A DNA stretch of 32,000 bases from Candidatus Altimarinota bacterium. Lineage in GTDB: Bacteria; Patescibacteriota; Gracilibacteria; UBA1369. The notes under the pieces are model-generated. The model had not been told where the DNA came from, did not search any database, and worked only from the letters and a program-made list of their open reading frames with translations. Position numbers and translations under genes: made by a program. Positions 31,388-32,000 of the stretch are shown here, piece by piece. The stretch covers positions 1 through 32,000 of the forward strand of contig JBAZYK010000002.1 in NCBI GenBank assembly GCA_041659405.1, in the 5' to 3' direction. The first letter of the stretch is position 1, and the number at the start of each line of letters is the position of its first letter.

Positions 31388-32000
31388 TTAAACCAGACTT
31401 TTTTTTGTTGATTCCGGAAAAGACAGCTTTACCAATTCAGATTCATTGCCCTGGTTTGCCGGAACAATTTTCCAATGAACTTCTTTTTGAAGTCTTCCCG
31501 GAATGCTAAATCCTGCGGCTTTTTTATGTCCTCCTCCTCCAAACTGACCTGCCAGTGCGGCTAAATCAACATCATCACGCTGCGTTCTAAACGAACCTTT
31601 AACATTACCATGCTCGTCTTCATTCAATAAAACTGTAAATTTAGATCCGGGTACGGAATTCAAGAAATCAACCACACCGGAAATTTCATCGGGACCCGCG
31701 CCACACTCTTTAAAATCCTTCCAGGTGACAACGGAAAGCGTAACACCTTCATCATTAACTCGCGCATTCTCTAAAACTCTTCCCCAAAGTTTTAAAGTTG
31801 AAACCGGATTGGTGCGAAAAAGATTTTTAGAAACCTGATGGATTTTTCCACCTTTTTCCATAAGTTTGCCGGTAATCTCAAAAACCTCAATTGTCGTATT
31901 GGAATGCATTAAACTGCCTGTATCATTATAAATTCCGCATAAAAGCGCAGTAGCAATACTTGGCGTAATGCGTAATCCCACAAATTCAAAAAATTTATAT
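31388..32000 (-). CDS. DHH/DHHA1-family phosphoesterase (NrnA-like), C-terminal part; gene continues beyond the window
   Basis: IATALLCGIYNDTGSLMH (DHH subdomain end) and DHHA1 motif GGGGHKKAAGF. The frame remains open upstream to position 32000. Confidence 0.75.
   Translation of the reverse strand, partial: YKFFEFVGLRITPSIATALLCGIYNDTGSLMHSNTTIEVFEITGKLMEKGGKIHQVSKNLFRTNPVSTLKLWGRVLENARVNDEGVTLSVVTWKDFKECGAGPDEISGVVDFLNSVPGSKFTVLLNEDEHGNVKGSFRTQRDDVDLAALAGQFGGGGHKKAAGFSIPGRLQKEVHWKIVPANQGNESELVKLSFPESTKKSLV

Noticed and set aside
1-32000. CRISPR arrays, transposases, integrases, prophage genes, rRNA, toxin-antitoxin pairs
   Set aside because: No regularly spaced direct repeats and no recombinase, transposase or phage-like translations appear in any frame. 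Nothing supports these feature types.

Overview
AT-rich, very gene-dense bacterial chromosomal segment with about 29 protein genes and one tRNA. Intergenic spacers are tiny, several reading frames overlap, and no Shine-Dalgarno motif is visible upstream of any start codon. The standard genetic code applies, since TGA works as a stop. The gene content (FemAB-type and DegT-type envelope genes, many orphan membrane proteins, minimal spacers) suggests a small-genome uncultivated bacterium such as a CPR/Patescibacteria-like organism, but this is inference only. Housekeeping genes I recognise: tRNA-Leu(CAA), obg, pth, rplU, an rluD-like gene, tyrS, recG, gatB, coaE, lepB and a partial DHH/DHHA1 phosphoesterase. 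Accessory blocks: (i) a minus-strand operon of transglutaminase-like, DegT aminotransferase and FemAB-family genes with overlapping frames. (ii) A divergent orphan pair, a 524-aa soluble protein and a 1303-aa polytopic giant protein with internal tandem repeats. (iii) A divergent pair encoding a bacterial Elp3 homologue (radical-SAM + GNAT) and a methyltransferase closely resembling Trm9/ALKBH8, which looks like a eukaryote/archaea-type (m)cm5U34 tRNA wobble-modification module. (iv) A MacB-type efflux operon with an adaptor, an ATPase and two permease paralogues. (v) Small membrane proteins, including a TM-anchored protein with a HEPN-like RNxxAH motif. The most striking non-coding feature is the 234-bp convergent spacer after lepB. 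It holds a 30-bp-stem hairpin and a 17-bp-stem hairpin, each presenting one copy of a perfect 24-nt GC-rich sequence, and the two copies are inverted relative to each other. A second long AT-stem/GC-apex structure lies next to the tRNA. No CRISPR array, transposase, integrase or rRNA was seen.
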